Assembly: GCA_951406725.2 (NCBI GenBank)
Contig: OX597823.1
Span: 50,034,001-50,098,000 of the forward strand
Length of the DNA stretch: 64,000 bases
Direction of reading: 5' to 3'
DNA from: Octopus vulgaris
Lineage: Eukaryota
Shown: positions 13,461 through 26,177 of the stretch, one piece after another
How the letters are laid out: every line of letters starts with the position of its first letter
Position numbering within the stretch: the stretch's first letter is position 1
Notes under the pieces: generated by a model
The model's database searches: none
What the model was told of the DNA's origin: nothing
Seen by the model: the letters and a program-made list of their open reading frames with translations, nothing else
Made by a program: the position numbers and the translations under genes

Positions 13461-14049
13461 TCAAATATGTAAGAAATGATAAACAAAAGGAACAAAACCA
13501 ACAAAGAAAGCAAGAAGCAGTATCAACAGAGTTTTATGGCAGTATATGTAATGTTATAAAACATCGAAATAGTAAAATCATTGAAGTTTGATAATTTTTG
13601 AAAGATGTTGGTATAAAATATGACTTGTTTGATCAAAGGAATACAAAGTGCATCTGTTAATTCTAGTTTGATAATTGAATGATGTCACTCCACTTGGAGT
13701 CATTTTGAAGGACAGATATAAAATAGCAGTGTGTTACCTGTGTTTAATAGAGTTTTATGTCTGACTACATAGACACTGATAGCTGAAATAAATTCTTTAA
13801 GAAAACCAGTGAGCTGTTTTGTAGTTTAAACAAGAAAATGGGCAGTATTCAAAAAAAAAAAAAATTTTCAGCCCTACCCTAGCTCACCAATTTTCTTATC
13901 TTTAGATTTTTTTTTTTTAAAGTTTTTGAATCCCTATAACACTCTCAACACACACATGCCTACAAGTTACACTAGGTGCAATGATGGATGTGCTACAAAT
14001 CCCATCATTATTAATATCCAAAGTTTACCAAAACTTGACTTTTTTTTAG

Positions 14050-14850
14050 AAAGACACCCACAATTCATCTTCCCATGGGTAGTTCCCAGACAATGACTCT
14101 GCTTAAGAGGGCAACTTTGGGCGTCACAAACAATACACAGCAGGTAGCAGCTAGCTTCCTTCTTTCTTGTTGGTCAACTGGGAGAAATTACCATAGACTT
14201 GCTCATTAATCACTTTCTGCAATCAAAGCTATCATTGCCTGAGTGAAGGACCAAGTTTTACAACTATAAAGGAGAGTTGTTTCAATCACTTCTAAGAAGA
14301 GTCTCTTCTTAAGATGTTTGGAAAAGTTGAAATCCAAATGTTCTTTGTATTCGTGAGCAGTTTCCATGCAAGGTTTCTATCCACTTTGAATGACTCTTTC
14401 CAGGCCCCGACACATAAGCTAGATTCTGATTTCTAGCATCAGAAATTGAGTGAGATACTTCCAGCAGCTGTCAGTGGCTTGTGATCAGCTACTGGAGATC
14501 TCATGTATTGTCTTTTCTTGGCATTGGGGTGAAGCTTTTCTTATATCCAGATTTTATTATTGATAGAACCTTAGCCTTAGCATCTGTAATTTTATCAGAT
14601 GGCAAAGCAATGTTGTTGACAAAACCTAGATCAGACAGTGTCCCTGACCCAACTCTCCTAGACTTTCGTATAATGAAACCCTGTTCTTCGTAGTTCATAA
14701 CCACAAAGAAAGAAGATGAAGAGCTCCAATGTGTCACCTTGTAGGACATCAACTTTAAGCTCAGGCATTTAGGTCTTATCATCCAGTGTGATAATTTTTG
14801 CCATGGTGATGAAATACGACTATGATGTCTTATGAATGTATACCTTGAAG
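14050..14850 (-). mobile_element. Decayed LINE reverse transcriptase fragment (RTE/RTEX-like)
   Basis: ORF 14501-14782 contains ...GFIIRKSRRVGSGTLSDLGFVNNIALPSD, a degenerate form of L-x-DLDFADDIALLS, with stops and frameshifts around it. Confidence 0.7.
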
Positions 14851-15212
14851 ATTACTCAAACACGTGTTTGTGTGCGTGTATATATATATATGTATACATT
14901 CATTTATAAAAATGAGATATAAAGTTTGTGCTATTTCTTTTTATTACCAAGCTATAATTACCATTAAGAAGTTATATTTACTTCACTAAATGAAAAAAAA
15001 AAATCACTTTTAAATTTTTTAAATTTAAATTCTTTGTTCATGTCAAACATTTGGTGCATTTTTTTGTTTTATTTTTTAAAATTTCTTTTTGCATATCTTA
15101 TAATTCTCACAATTTATATTTTAAAATAAAATAATCTTTCAGAGTTAAATATTTCCCTGTAAAAGTTTTAATATATTTTCTATAACTCAGTTATGTTCAT
15201 AAACATCCAGAA

Positions 15213-15410
15213 CAGTGATTCTCAACTGCAGCTCCCAGGGCTGCATGTGGCCCTGAAGCACCCTTCCCACAGCCCCCAATAGTCTTTCCTCTATAAATAT
15301 AATAAATTTTTCTACAATTGACTAACTTTTTTTTTTTTTTTGGTGGGGTTCCCCTAAAAAAATCCAGGTTTTGGATCTAGCCTGGGTATTTAAAAAGTTG
15401 AGAACCACTG
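15213..15410. mobile_element. hAT MITE
   Basis: TIRs CAGTGATTCTCAAC / GTTGAGAACCACTG; 8-bp TSD atccagaa/atcctgaa. Confidence 0.8.
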
Positions 15411-16752
15411 ATCCTGAAGCTAAAAAATCTAGGTTAGTAGTTGTACAAATTGATTTCTCATTTTTATTTGGGTTACATTTAAAATGATTCTAAAATATCA
15501 AATGTAAAAATGGACCTACGGTGGAATCAATAAGCTAGATTTTTAGAGGCATTTAATTTTGTTGGAAAATTTTCATACAAAAAACATCTGTCAGTTCATA
15601 AATGATGAATCAATAGCAATTGTTGATGTCTGGTCTATATTCAAAACAAAATAGTATCAACAATGGTAATAATGCACAGGAAAGACTGTCAAATCATGTT
15701 TGATTTCTAGTGACCTTGTGGAACATCCATACAGGAGCCAAGTAAAGTGCTTTTACCTTCTTTCAGCATTCAATCTATCCCATAGGATTAACTGGACTTG
15801 ATTTGTACAACAGGATACTCCACAGTTCCCATTGACCAAATTTCTTTCAAAAAGGTATTGGTCACCCTGACAGCATAGATAAAGACACTTGCTCGAAGTG
15901 CTGTGCAATAATTGAACCTAGGACCATGCAACTGCAGAGTGAACTGCTTAACCGCATGGCCACGCTTGTACTATATAATGGTAGCTAACAACAGATATTT
16001 ATACATTGTTGGTGGGTAATTATGTAAGTGTAAATATTAACAATGACTACCTTCTTGCATGACTATTAAAACAGCATTGAGAGCTTTCATAAAATCTACA
16101 ACAAATTAGACATTACATGAAATGGCCAAATTTACTAAACCAGACAAGGCTCAACAGGTTTTGGTGCAAAACTTTGTTGGATTTCATGAAGGGCTGTAAT
16201 TTGAATAACCTCTAACTACTATCGTTAAAGTTATCTATTTTTATATCACACAGAAACTCAAGCACATTCATAGATGGAGTTTGTTGTAATAGAAGTAGAA
16301 AGAGCAATGTAGGCACAAGGCCACAAATTTAAGGGAAGGAGAAAGAGTTACTTGATTATATTGGATCCCAGTACTCGACTGGTACTTTATTTATCGACCC
16401 CGTTTAGGATGAAAGGCAAAGTTGACCTTTGTTTCTAAAATAACAATAACAGATAAAAAGCCTATTAGCTCTGGCTGCAGACTTTTGCTATTACAATATA
16501 ACTTGCCATTGAGTAAAATTGTTTTCCTCATAACCAAACTGTTTCGTCAATATAATATTATATATACATGTAAAGATACATGTTAACATTGAATGGACAA
16601 ACATTTTTTTTTTTTTTTAATGTATAGAGATATGTTATTTAGATAGGTGGAAATGAATGTATTTTGATCAGTTATGACTTTATAACAAATGAAAATACTT
16701 TTGAAAAACTTAATGTCATCAATAACATTTCGACTGACTGATTTGCAAAGCG

Positions 16753-16932
16753 TCATACGTGAGATTCATATGTCTGTGAAGAGAAATTCTGTCCCTCATC
16801 AGGATCCATTACCGATGTTGGCCCCGTCAGCATTGGTTTGTTTGTGGAATCAGGGTTTGTTTGCGTGGCTGGAATTTCAGGCAGTTTGGCTAATTTGTTG
16901 ATGGAATATACTGGGTCCACATACTGAGTAAC
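16753..16932 (-). CDS. SLCO5A1: SLCO/OATP terminal coding exon (cytoplasmic tail)
   Basis: cttttgcag|GTT acceptor, phase 0, compatible with the preceding exon. Translates VTQYVDPVYSINKLAK...SSQTYESHV*. The tail is poorly conserved, so the call rests on splice site, phase and open frame. Confidence 0.75.
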   Translation of the reverse strand, partial: VTQYVDPVYSINKLAKLPEIPATQTNPDSTNKPMLTGPTSVMDPDEGQNFSSQTYESHV

Positions 16933-17840
16933 CTGCAAAAGACATTAGAAACTTCAGGGTTTTTTTCAGTTTGTTTCAACCATTACAGATAAAGACCATG
17001 CTGGAGTAGTGCCTCAACAAAAAAAAAAGTTCGCTCCCCAACCACATGGTTCCAGGTTCAGTCCCACTGTGTGGCATCTTGGGCAAGTGTGTTCTACTCT
17101 AACCTCAGGCCAAACACAGCCTTGTGAGTGGATTTGGTAGAGAGAAACTGAAAGAATCCCTTCAGATATGTGTATGTATGTATGTATATATATATAAAAT
17201 AAATGAAAAAATGCATTGTAGATAAACAACAGATAAAAAACGTATACATATACTGAGTGTACAACTGGACCGTGTGTGTGCGGGTGTGTATGTGTCTTTG
17301 TCCCCCACCACCACCTGACAACCGGTGTTGATGTGTTTATGTCCCTGTAACTTAGCAGTCTGGCAAAAGAGACTGAAAAGAATAAGTACCAGGCTTAACA
17401 AAAAAAAAATAATAAGTACTGGAGTTGATTCATTCAACTAAAAAGATTGTTCAAGGCAGTGCCCCAGCATGGCTACACTCTAATGACTGAAGGAAGTAAA
17501 AGATAACTTATGAAATATATATAAAAATATATACAATTTTTGTGCTCCAGCATGGCTGCAGTCAAATGACTGAATCAAATAAAAGAATGTATTTGTTTTT
17601 GCAAATCGTGAAATCATGGCTGTTGAGTCGAAATGAAAATCTCTGACTCCTCTACTATTGGCACCTCTGACTCCTCTTTATGTAATTAAGTGATTGTGGT
17701 CCACATATCTCATAAAGCATATGCATACGTTTGTACTTTGAGTAGGCCTATTTGTTATAACTGGTTTATATTAAAGAATTAAGATATTGTGAGTCAGAGT
17801 CGGTATAGTTTTACTGACTCCAACTCCAGCTACCCCTTAA

Positions 17841-18079
17841 CCCTTTTGTTACTAACCCGGCTGAAACCGGCCCTGGCTCTGAGTACAAATGTTTTGTTTT
17901 CATACAAATGTTTCGTTTTCATAAGTTTTGAATTATAATTTTCCACCAAACCTTAGTCACACTTTATGATCCTAACATCAGCTGAAGGATGACTAAGTTG
18001 TTTTACTTAATTGTTTGTTATATTTAAAGTAATTGAAAGAAACACAGAGCATCTTAAAATGAATACAGTAACAAAAGGG
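17841..18079. mobile_element. piggyBac-like MITE nested in an older DNA-transposon relic (~17616-18111)
   Basis: Perfect TTAA TSD on both sides; TIR CCCTTTTGTTACT / AGTAACAAAAGGG. The host element has GACTCC repeats and a ...CACAGCCCT end. Confidence 0.85.
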
Positions 18080-18309
18080 TTAATTGTTTGCGACTCCGAC
18101 TCCACAGCCCTAGTTGAAACATATTGTTATATTTGGAGATGGGTTTTTTTTGCCAATTAAACACATGCGCTATTGATGTGATCTTCACTCTAGTTTTATA
18201 CATATGTCTAAGTTCTTTGATCACACACATTCTGTGACCTTATCAGTGACTTTTTGTCCCATGTGTCTCCTCTTGTCCTGTTTATTATTCCATATATACA
18301 ATATTCTGC

Positions 18310-18640
18310 AGCATTGAATATAAGTGACTGAAGTTGGTTTCTCCCAAAGGATTATCAGAGTAATGTTACTCATAGCTTGAAGATCAGAAAGTCTTTCCAC
18401 ATTGACAGATCATAGCTCCAGTACTACAGGCATGTTATTAGAACGTGACAGTGAAGAATCACAAGACAAACAGATTCTTCAAGCCGAGCCAACTGACAGG
18501 AGACCTGGGGTAAACCAAGAACGAGATGGTTGAAGTAAGTCCAATGATGGCTGCTTCTAATAGGCCCCTTACAGAGGAGGTGCCTATCAAGGACTCTACC
18601 TCAATGACCCTCCCAAAAATAATTGCAGAAAAGATGGCTG
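18310..18640 (+). mobile_element. Decayed RTE-clade LINE 3' fragment
   Basis: Translates to remnants such as KQILQAEPTDRRPG-KPRTRW, typical of the RTE ORF C-terminus. Confidence 0.55.
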
Positions 18641-19422
18641 GATGCTGTATTTACCATAAAAAGAAAAAAGAAAATGAAGACTATGGTGAGGCTGTATGGT
18701 AAGAAGTCTGCTTCCCAACTATATGGTTCCATGTTCATCTTGGGCAAGTGTCTTCTACTATAACATCAGGCTGACCAAAGCCTTGAGTGGATTTGGTAGA
18801 CAGAAACTGAAAGAAGCCTGTCGTGTGTGTATATATACATATATATGTGTATATTTATGAGTGTGTCTTTGTATTTATGTTTGTCCCCCACCATCACTTG
18901 ACGACCAATGTTGGTGTGTTTACGTCCCTATAACTTAGTGGTTCAGCAAAAGAGACTGATAGAATAAATATTAAGCTTGCAAAGAATATTTCTTTGACTA
19001 AAACCCCTTTAAGGCAGTGCTCCAGCATTGCCACAGTCAAATGACTGAAACAAGTAAAATAAAAAAGATATATATAAGTGACAACAACTATGTTGTTAAA
19101 CCACAAACAAAACAGCTTGGTAAAGTACGTGAATAAATATAGGGTCTGTTTTCATCTTTTATCTTTCACTTGTTTCAGTCATTGGACTGTGGCCATACTG
19201 AAGCACTGACACATACATCTGAAACTACCAGTTGTTTGAGTCATTAGTTTGCTGGTCTAGGAGATGAAGGTGTTTATTCCTGTGCAAAGGTACTTAAGAG
19301 CTGGCCCAGTTCACCTAGCTGTAATAGGTACCATGCAGAGCTATAGAGCAGCTCTGTAGGTAGCAATAGAACTGTAACCAATAGAGTCTGTTCCTGGAAA
19401 GAAAATCAAAAATTATACTTAC

Positions 19423-19523
19423 TGCCATAGTAAACTTAGAATCATCACCTATCTTCTTGCGTATTAATAACCAGACAATAAAAAACAGCAAAGTTCCAAG
19501 AACTTTCAGTCCAGCAGAGATAC
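19423..19523 (-). CDS. SLCO5A1: SLCO/OATP exon (last transmembrane helix)
   Basis: ctctag|GT acceptor and GCA|gtaagt donor, 101 nt, phase 1-0. Translates GISAGLKVLGTLLFFIVWLLIRKKIGDDSKFTMA. Confidence 0.9.
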
Positions 19524-21209
19524 CTAGAGAAGTACAAAGGATATATATATATAAAAATTTATATATAAGTCTTAGGAGAAAGAAAAGCAATGGATATCAG
19601 AATGTACTGAGTTCAATACTCAAAAGAGATGACCTTAGTTCTCATCTATGACAAAAAATGAAAAAATTTCGAGGGACTCTAATTTCCCCATCAAAATCCT
19701 AAGTAATCTTATCTCCAACTAAAACTTAGTTACCACAAGACATTTTCCTCAGTAAATGAGCCACTCTGAACACCATCATCTACTAAAACCTAGCACTCAA
19801 GACAGCCCCATCTTCTTTGCTCTCTATATTCTAACTGGATTAATGAAATCAGTTCTTCTCAAAACATAACATCATACCCAACTGGTTCATCATCTTGTTA
19901 ATGTTGCCATCATTACAGCCACCATCAACAAAGGAGCTTTTTTGCAGTTGCTGAACCTGCTAAAAATAGCAACCAAATTCCTTCAGATGATACCCTACCA
20001 TTTTACAAAGGAAGAACATATCAAGTAACAAGTAAACATTTCTATACTTACAAAGACAGAATGGTTGTGGTGATACATTTTTTATCCTAGATCAACTCAA
20101 AGTTGACCTAGGGCTAAATAACAACAACAACAACAACTGCTGCTGTCATCCTCAGAGTGTTTGCTATATCCTGTGGCATAGATCGGATGGGTTTGCAATG
20201 AAAAATATTTCCAGATTTCCATTTGTAAGCAACTGTATTCCCAAGTTCGATTAATTCATTCCCAAATTCTCTTTGCTCTACCTGTAACACTGTTAGCCTC
20301 TCATCTATCATCTCACAGCAATCAACTCTTTATATTAGTACTACTGCTCCATCACCATCACCAGTTCTACTTCTGTCCTCATCTCCATAGCTTTTTCCGT
20401 GAACCACATGGATTTGCTGAGACTTGCAGAAGCAGTATTCTATAGCTCGATTTTCCTTCCTGTAAACCCTTATCTGTTTTTCAACTGGTCATTAAGATAT
20501 TGAAACTAATATAACTGCTGAGCTGCAGGATAATGTATCTGTCGTTGTCATGTTCATTTCTCCATGTCTGCAAGGATTGGACAGAATTTACTGAGGCAGA
20601 TTTTCAACAGCTAGATGCCTCTCCTGTCACCAACCCTCACCAATTTCCAAGTAAGACAATTTTTGTTCCCTCACAGACAAACATTGGAAATAAATGATAC
20701 TGCTTGTTTGACAGCGACACTCATTTACAACTATCATGTGATGTCAAGATAAGGAGACAAAAACACACACACACATGTATATATAGTTGAGTCTCACATA
20801 GGTATTAACAAGTGACCAAGACAGCTGGCAATATGCTGTGGTTGAGAAGACAAGTCAAGCTAAGTGAAATCATGGTTGTGGTCACTGCTAGTGACATGTA
20901 AAAGGCACCCAGTACACTCTGTAAAGTGCTTGGCATTAGGAAGGGCATTCAGCTGTAGAAACAACCACAACAGACTGGAGACCAGTGCAGTTCCGTGGCC
21001 TACCAGCTCCAGTCAAACTGTCTGACACATGCCAGCATGTAAAACAGATGTTAAATGATGAGTTTCTTTCAGTTTTTGTCTTACAGATCCACTCACAAGG
21101 TTTCACTTGGCTTGAGAGCTATGGCAGAAGACACTTGCTCAAGATGCTATACAGTTGAACTGAACCCGAAACCATGTTAGTTGGGAAGCAAACTTCTTAA
21201 CCACACAGC

Positions 21210-21456
21210 TATGTCTGTGCTTCTGGCCCTGCCTGTGCCTCTGGCCACACCTGTGCTTCTGGCCATGCATGTGCCTCTGGCCCTGCTTGTGCTTCTGGTC
21301 ATGCCTGTGCTTCTGGCCACACCTGTGCTTCTGGCCACGCCTGTACCTCTGGCCACACCTGCACTTCTGGCCATGTCTGTACCTCTAGCTGTGCCTGTAC
21401 CTCTAGTTGTGCCTGCACCTCTAGCCATGCCTGTACCTCTAGCTACACCTGTGCCT
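21210..21456. repeat. 18-bp minisatellite (GCCACACCTGTGCTTCTG) abutting a SINE head
   Basis: About 13 tandem diverged units directly after the ACCACACAGC end of an antisense SINE. Confidence 0.9.
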
Positions 21457-21598
21457 TGGTTATGAGAGACATAAAAATTACAGTTTTGCACAAACAGTGC
21501 TAATGTGAAAATATGCAGTGATACACACTCATGCAAATACACATATATGCTACCTATTTTTTGAAAGTAAATGATCAAAAAGTAATACTGTTACATAC

Positions 21599-21727
21599 CA
21601 ACATATTTGTTTCGGAACTGTACAATGTCATAAACAAGACAAGAGCCATTGTTTCCACATTTGTTTCTCCACAAGAGACAAGCTGTGTCTATGATGTTAC
21701 CAAAAAGTATTGGGGCAGGAATATAGG
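21599..21727 (-). CDS. SLCO5A1: SLCO/OATP exon
   Basis: ttttag|CC acceptor and G|gtatgt donor, 129 nt, phase 1-1. Translates [43 protein letters not shown]. Not in the ORF track. Confidence 0.93.
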
Positions 21728-22664
21728 CTAAAAGAAAACAAAAAAAAACATTACAAAAAAGAAAAACACTCAGTGATCATCAAAAGCTAAGAAGTCTTTC
21801 AAATTTTCATAGAAAGGACATTAAAATTAGGACTTAGTGAGAGACTATTTTTCTCATAATTAATGTGAAATTGTAGTTGTGGCTGATGTAATGGTCATGT
21901 AACTGGGACCCGTGCCCTTGGCATGTAAAAAGCACCCTTGGAACATTGGGCTTCATAGAGGTGATGACTAGTGACTGAGACCTTTGAGTGTATGCCATAC
22001 ATGAGAAGACCCTTCAAGCCAAGTGAAATCACAGTTGTGGCCAATGCTAGTGTTATGCAACTGGCACCCATGCCAGTGGCTCATAAAAAGCAACCATTAC
22101 ACTCTTGGAGTGGTTAGCATTAGGAAGGGCATCCAGTTGCAGAAATCATGCCAAATCAGATTGGAACTTAGTGCAGCTTACCAGTTTCAGTCAAACTATC
22201 TAAACCTATGCCAGCATGGAAAGTAGATGCTAAATGAAAATGATGATGAATGTTAGCTAGGTCCTGAGAGAGACTTTTAGAAAGTGAGAAATAATTCTCC
22301 ACCTGGATAGTACACTAGTTTATTATCCAGCCATGTTCCTTGATGTCCTCCAAACTATTTCAGAAAACTAAGTGAAGTAAGGGAAGACAGAATCAAGTGT
22401 TTTACCCAAAATGGCAATGAAATAACTAGAGTGAATTTGAACATATGACCTAATGAGCAGGTAGTCCACTTGATCATTTTACCTGTTTTAAGATAATATG
22501 TAAAAATGTAGTGTTGATGTCCTTGAGACAGGCATGAACAAACTGGAACCTCCTTGCAACCACTACGCATGCACACACAAAACAGTTATTCTATTTATAG
22601 TACATATGTAGAGATATGAGTATTATAATTTCAAAATATAAAAATTACAGCAAAAATATCTTAC

Positions 22665-22729
22665 CAAAGAGCCGGAATAAAACAAACTGCATTCCGAGAG
22701 CAAAAGCTCTTTCTTCTTCAGCAACTGAC
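22665..22729 (-). CDS. SLCO5A1: SLCO/OATP 65-nt exon
   Basis: attag|G acceptor and G|gtaaga donor, phase 2-1. Translates SVAEEERAFALGMQFVLFRLF. Not in the ORF track. Confidence 0.93.
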
Positions 22730-23049
22730 CTAATAATAAGAGAAAAATTGAGTTCAGTTAAAGAGAGATCAAATAGTACTGGTGTTTAATTCATTTAACT
22801 AAAATTCTCCAAGGAGGTGCTGCAGCATGGACACAGTCTAACGACCAAAAGAAGTAAAACTTAGAGTTCACTCAAATTGAATACTCTTGATATAGGGGAA
22901 TAAATTATAAACACATCAGAAGTAGATTACTGGAACTTTGGTCACCATGACTAAACTTGGGATGAATACCAGAGTGGTTTTCCATTGCCTTTTCCAGACT
23001 GGTGGGATCTGAACTAAGAATGCAGAAAGCCAGAAAATATACCATAGAG

Positions 23050-23235
23050 CAGTGTTTCCCAACCTATTTTTTCCCCCAACCCCACTATAACTTTCCTGGT
23101 AGTTGGAAAAAAGTACAGGTGTAGTATGTTTATTGTTAGAAAAAGATTTCACAATTTCATGTCCCACTGAAAAAAAACAATTATGGATTCTATACCCTAC
23201 CACAATTTTCCTAGGCCTCGCATTGGAAATCACTG
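23050..23235. mobile_element. hAT MITE
   Basis: TIRs CAGTGTTTCCCAA / TTGGAAATCACTG; TSD ccatagag/ctgtagag. Confidence 0.75.
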
Positions 23236-23371
23236 CTGTAGAGCATTTTTGCCAACATGACAATGATTCCGCCAATGTGCCAACGATTCTGCAGCTCTCC
23301 CACCTGCAGAGCAACACGAAATGAAATATCAACGAAGTAGCATTATAAAAATCATAGGAGTAACATCTTAC

Positions 23372-23559
23372 CTGAGAGTAACCATCAATAGTGGCATCTG
23401 TGTCCCAGCAACACAAAATGTCATCACAACCAACAAGATTAGAAATGGTAGCAAATTTTTGCAGGTAGTCTTACATGGACCACTTGTGGCTAGAGGCAGC
23501 ACAACAACTTCAGAACTGGCAAGGTGGTTGTCCAGTATGCAGGAACAGCCACTGTAGTT
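23372..23559 (-). CDS. SLCO5A1: SLCO/OATP exon
   Basis: ttacag|AAC acceptor and AG|gtaaga donor, 188 nt, phase 0-2. Translates NYSGCSCI...ATSGPCKTTCKNLLPFLILLVVMTFCVAGTQMPLLMVTLR. Confidence 0.93.
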
Positions 23560-26002
23560 CTGTAAAAAAATATACAAGCAACATTTTAGATATAATAATA
23601 TTAAGGACGTCTCTACAAACTGGAGGGAATCACTTATCATTAAGAAAGGTATCCACCAGGTGGGGGTGTCATTTCTATGTGGAATGTGTTTAATGTGAGA
23701 TAGATTGTTGCATGTTGCACACACACACACACACACACAGAGCGTAGGTGTGGGAATAAAAGATGCTTAGATGGTGCAAACCCAGGTTCAAAATTTTTTA
23801 ATGAACATGGTCAATTTTTTCGATCTTGATATCAAAACAAACACTGTAAGGCAGAATCATTAGCATCCTGGGAGAAATGCTTGGAAGCATTTCATCCATC
23901 TTCATGTTCTGAGGTTGACTTTGCCTTTCATGCTTTTGGGGTCAATAAAATAAGAACCAGTTGAGTACTAGGGGTCAATGTAACTGACCTACCCTGCTCC
24001 CCAGGACTTGTTAGCCTTGTACCAAAATTTGAAATCAATTTCAAAACACACAGATACAATAATAATAATAATCCTTTCTACTATGGGCTCAAAGCCTAAA
24101 ATTTTGGGGAAAGGGTAAGGCAGTTGATTGTCATTGACCCTGAAAGGATGAAAGGCAAAGATGACCTCAGCAGAATTTGAACTCAGAACATGGAGATGGA
24201 CATAATGTCACTACACATTTTGCCTGGCATGCTAACAAATTTTTTTCTTCTGTTCTAAGCACAAGGCCCAAAATTTAGGGGGAGGGGGCCAGTTAATTAG
24301 ATTGACCCCAGTGTACAACTGGTACTTAATTTATCAATCCCAAAAGGATGAAAGGCAAAGTTGACCTCAGCGGAATTTGAATTCAAAACATAAAGACAGA
24401 CGAAATATTGCTAAGTATCACTGCAATAATTATAATCATCATCATCATCATGATTATTATTATTATCATTATTATTATTACACTTGCACATCAATCAAAC
24501 CAGATAAACTCAATAATGGAGAAGTAATGTTTCAAATCAATCCGAAAATGTTTTTACACTCATTCGTTTTGGTGATGTTCAAAGTGTTTTAATTGCACCT
24601 CAAAAAGTTTAAGGGATGCAGTTGTACCCCTTGCATCTCCTGCTCCCAAGTCTATGCACATCAGCAATCCACAAATACATTTCCAAGATGAAATGTCTTT
24701 CATGGTTATGAAACTCAGACCAACAATAATTCTCCCAAGACAGGCTCAAATTTTGTTATATTGCACATTCGGATGACCTCTACTCAACTCCACAACGTCT
24801 GGACTTCTCCCTCTATATCTACGTATTGGGCTAGCCTACTTCATCGTCTGGGGGCGTCGACACAACAAATTTCATACTGATTTTCCATTTACATATGGAA
24901 CCAATCATTAGTGAAGTGATCTAGTTTCTATCACAAAATTATTTTTCTTAACCAACTGATCAGTATAGAAACAAGGAAAAGAGCCAAGAATGAAGTGAAG
25001 TTCCATTTAAAAAATCATTGAGTAACCACAAGTGGCTTCACCTTCCTCCTCTCTCTGAGTGCCAAGATTAAGTCAGCCAGTCAGAGCACATCCTTCATCA
25101 ATAGAGTTTGGGAATTGTCTTTGATTACTTAAAATACAAGACACCAAGCTGGAGGAGATTCTTATGTTGGTTAAAAATATTTTGGAATCAAATATTTCTG
25201 TGTTCCTACATGATTTGTCTCAAAAGTATTGTAAATATATCATATAAAGCTAGTAGAGATATTATGAGCAAACTTCACACTAAAGCTTGTTTGTCACCGA
25301 TAGAAGAGGTTCGTGGTTTGGTAAAGGCACCAAATTAGAAAGAAAAAAATAAATGTTGACAAAAGAGACAGAAACTGACCCCAAAAAAGTGTGTCTAGTG
25401 CTACACTCATAGGTCTAGGGGGCCTGGTTCTGATATATGTATGCTGTGGTGTGTTGTCAGGAAGTAAATACTAGAGCCCAGTGCAATAATTGGTGCAGGG
25501 ACCTTTAATGTTGCTAAGTCAATTCTGTGGTGGAGAGTCATTTTCAAAATAAAAAACAAATGTGGTATGAAATAAGAAAGCAATATTCCAACTCAGCCTT
25601 AACTGTAATATTTAATATAAATTAAAAAACAAAATATGAAACAGGGTAGTCAATAATGGATATATTGAACAGCACAGTATCGAATTCTGCAAAAGATGTC
25701 CAAGTTATAAGTAGATGGTGCTGACAATTCTCTAAAGAAGAGAGTGACGTAACGATCTAACAACCATTACGATTTGCTAACAAGAAAGGAAAACCGATTA
25801 TAGCAGCGATTCCATCGATTCCTAAGGAAATCTGAAGAAGGAATTTTATTCCAAAATATCATATCAGACTATGGATGATTAAATTACAACAGTTATTATA
25901 GTCCATCGTTTGTATTATAGTGCATTGTTGTGTCATTGAAAATATTTTATTTAGAAAAAACAAAAAAAATTTAGAAGATCAAGGGAGGTAAGTTGTACTT
26001 AC

Positions 26003-26177
26003 TGTGGAATGATATGCGTTGTTATGATTGACGTAATAATTGGTACAGCCAGCGTGACAGGGTGAGAAATAAGTGATACCGTTTATTCCACAGATTGGTT
26101 CGAGGTGATTTGGAGAACAGTCACAGTTAGAGTTACAAGCTGATGTCAAGTTTGCCTCCATTATCTTGTGACCAGTG
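26003..26177 (-). CDS. SLCO5A1: SLCO/OATP exon, Kazal-like extracellular loop
   Basis: tttag|C acceptor and ACA|gtaagt donor, 175 nt, phase 2-0. Translates [48 protein letters not shown]..., the OATP Kazal-type cysteine pattern. Confidence 0.95.

Noticed and set aside
14501-14782. 93-aa minus-strand ORF as a possible further SLCO exon or novel gene
   Set aside because: It is a degenerate LINE RT motif region with flanking stops, and the SLCO frame already terminates at 16753.
20114-20311. Protein-like 65-aa ORF in an SLCO intron
   Set aside because: The flanking exons join in frame without it and no family could be recognised; possibly a transposon relic.
21177-21578. 133-aa GTGVAR-repeat ORF
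   Set aside because: It is the translation of an 18-bp minisatellite plus SINE sequence, with no independent coding evidence.
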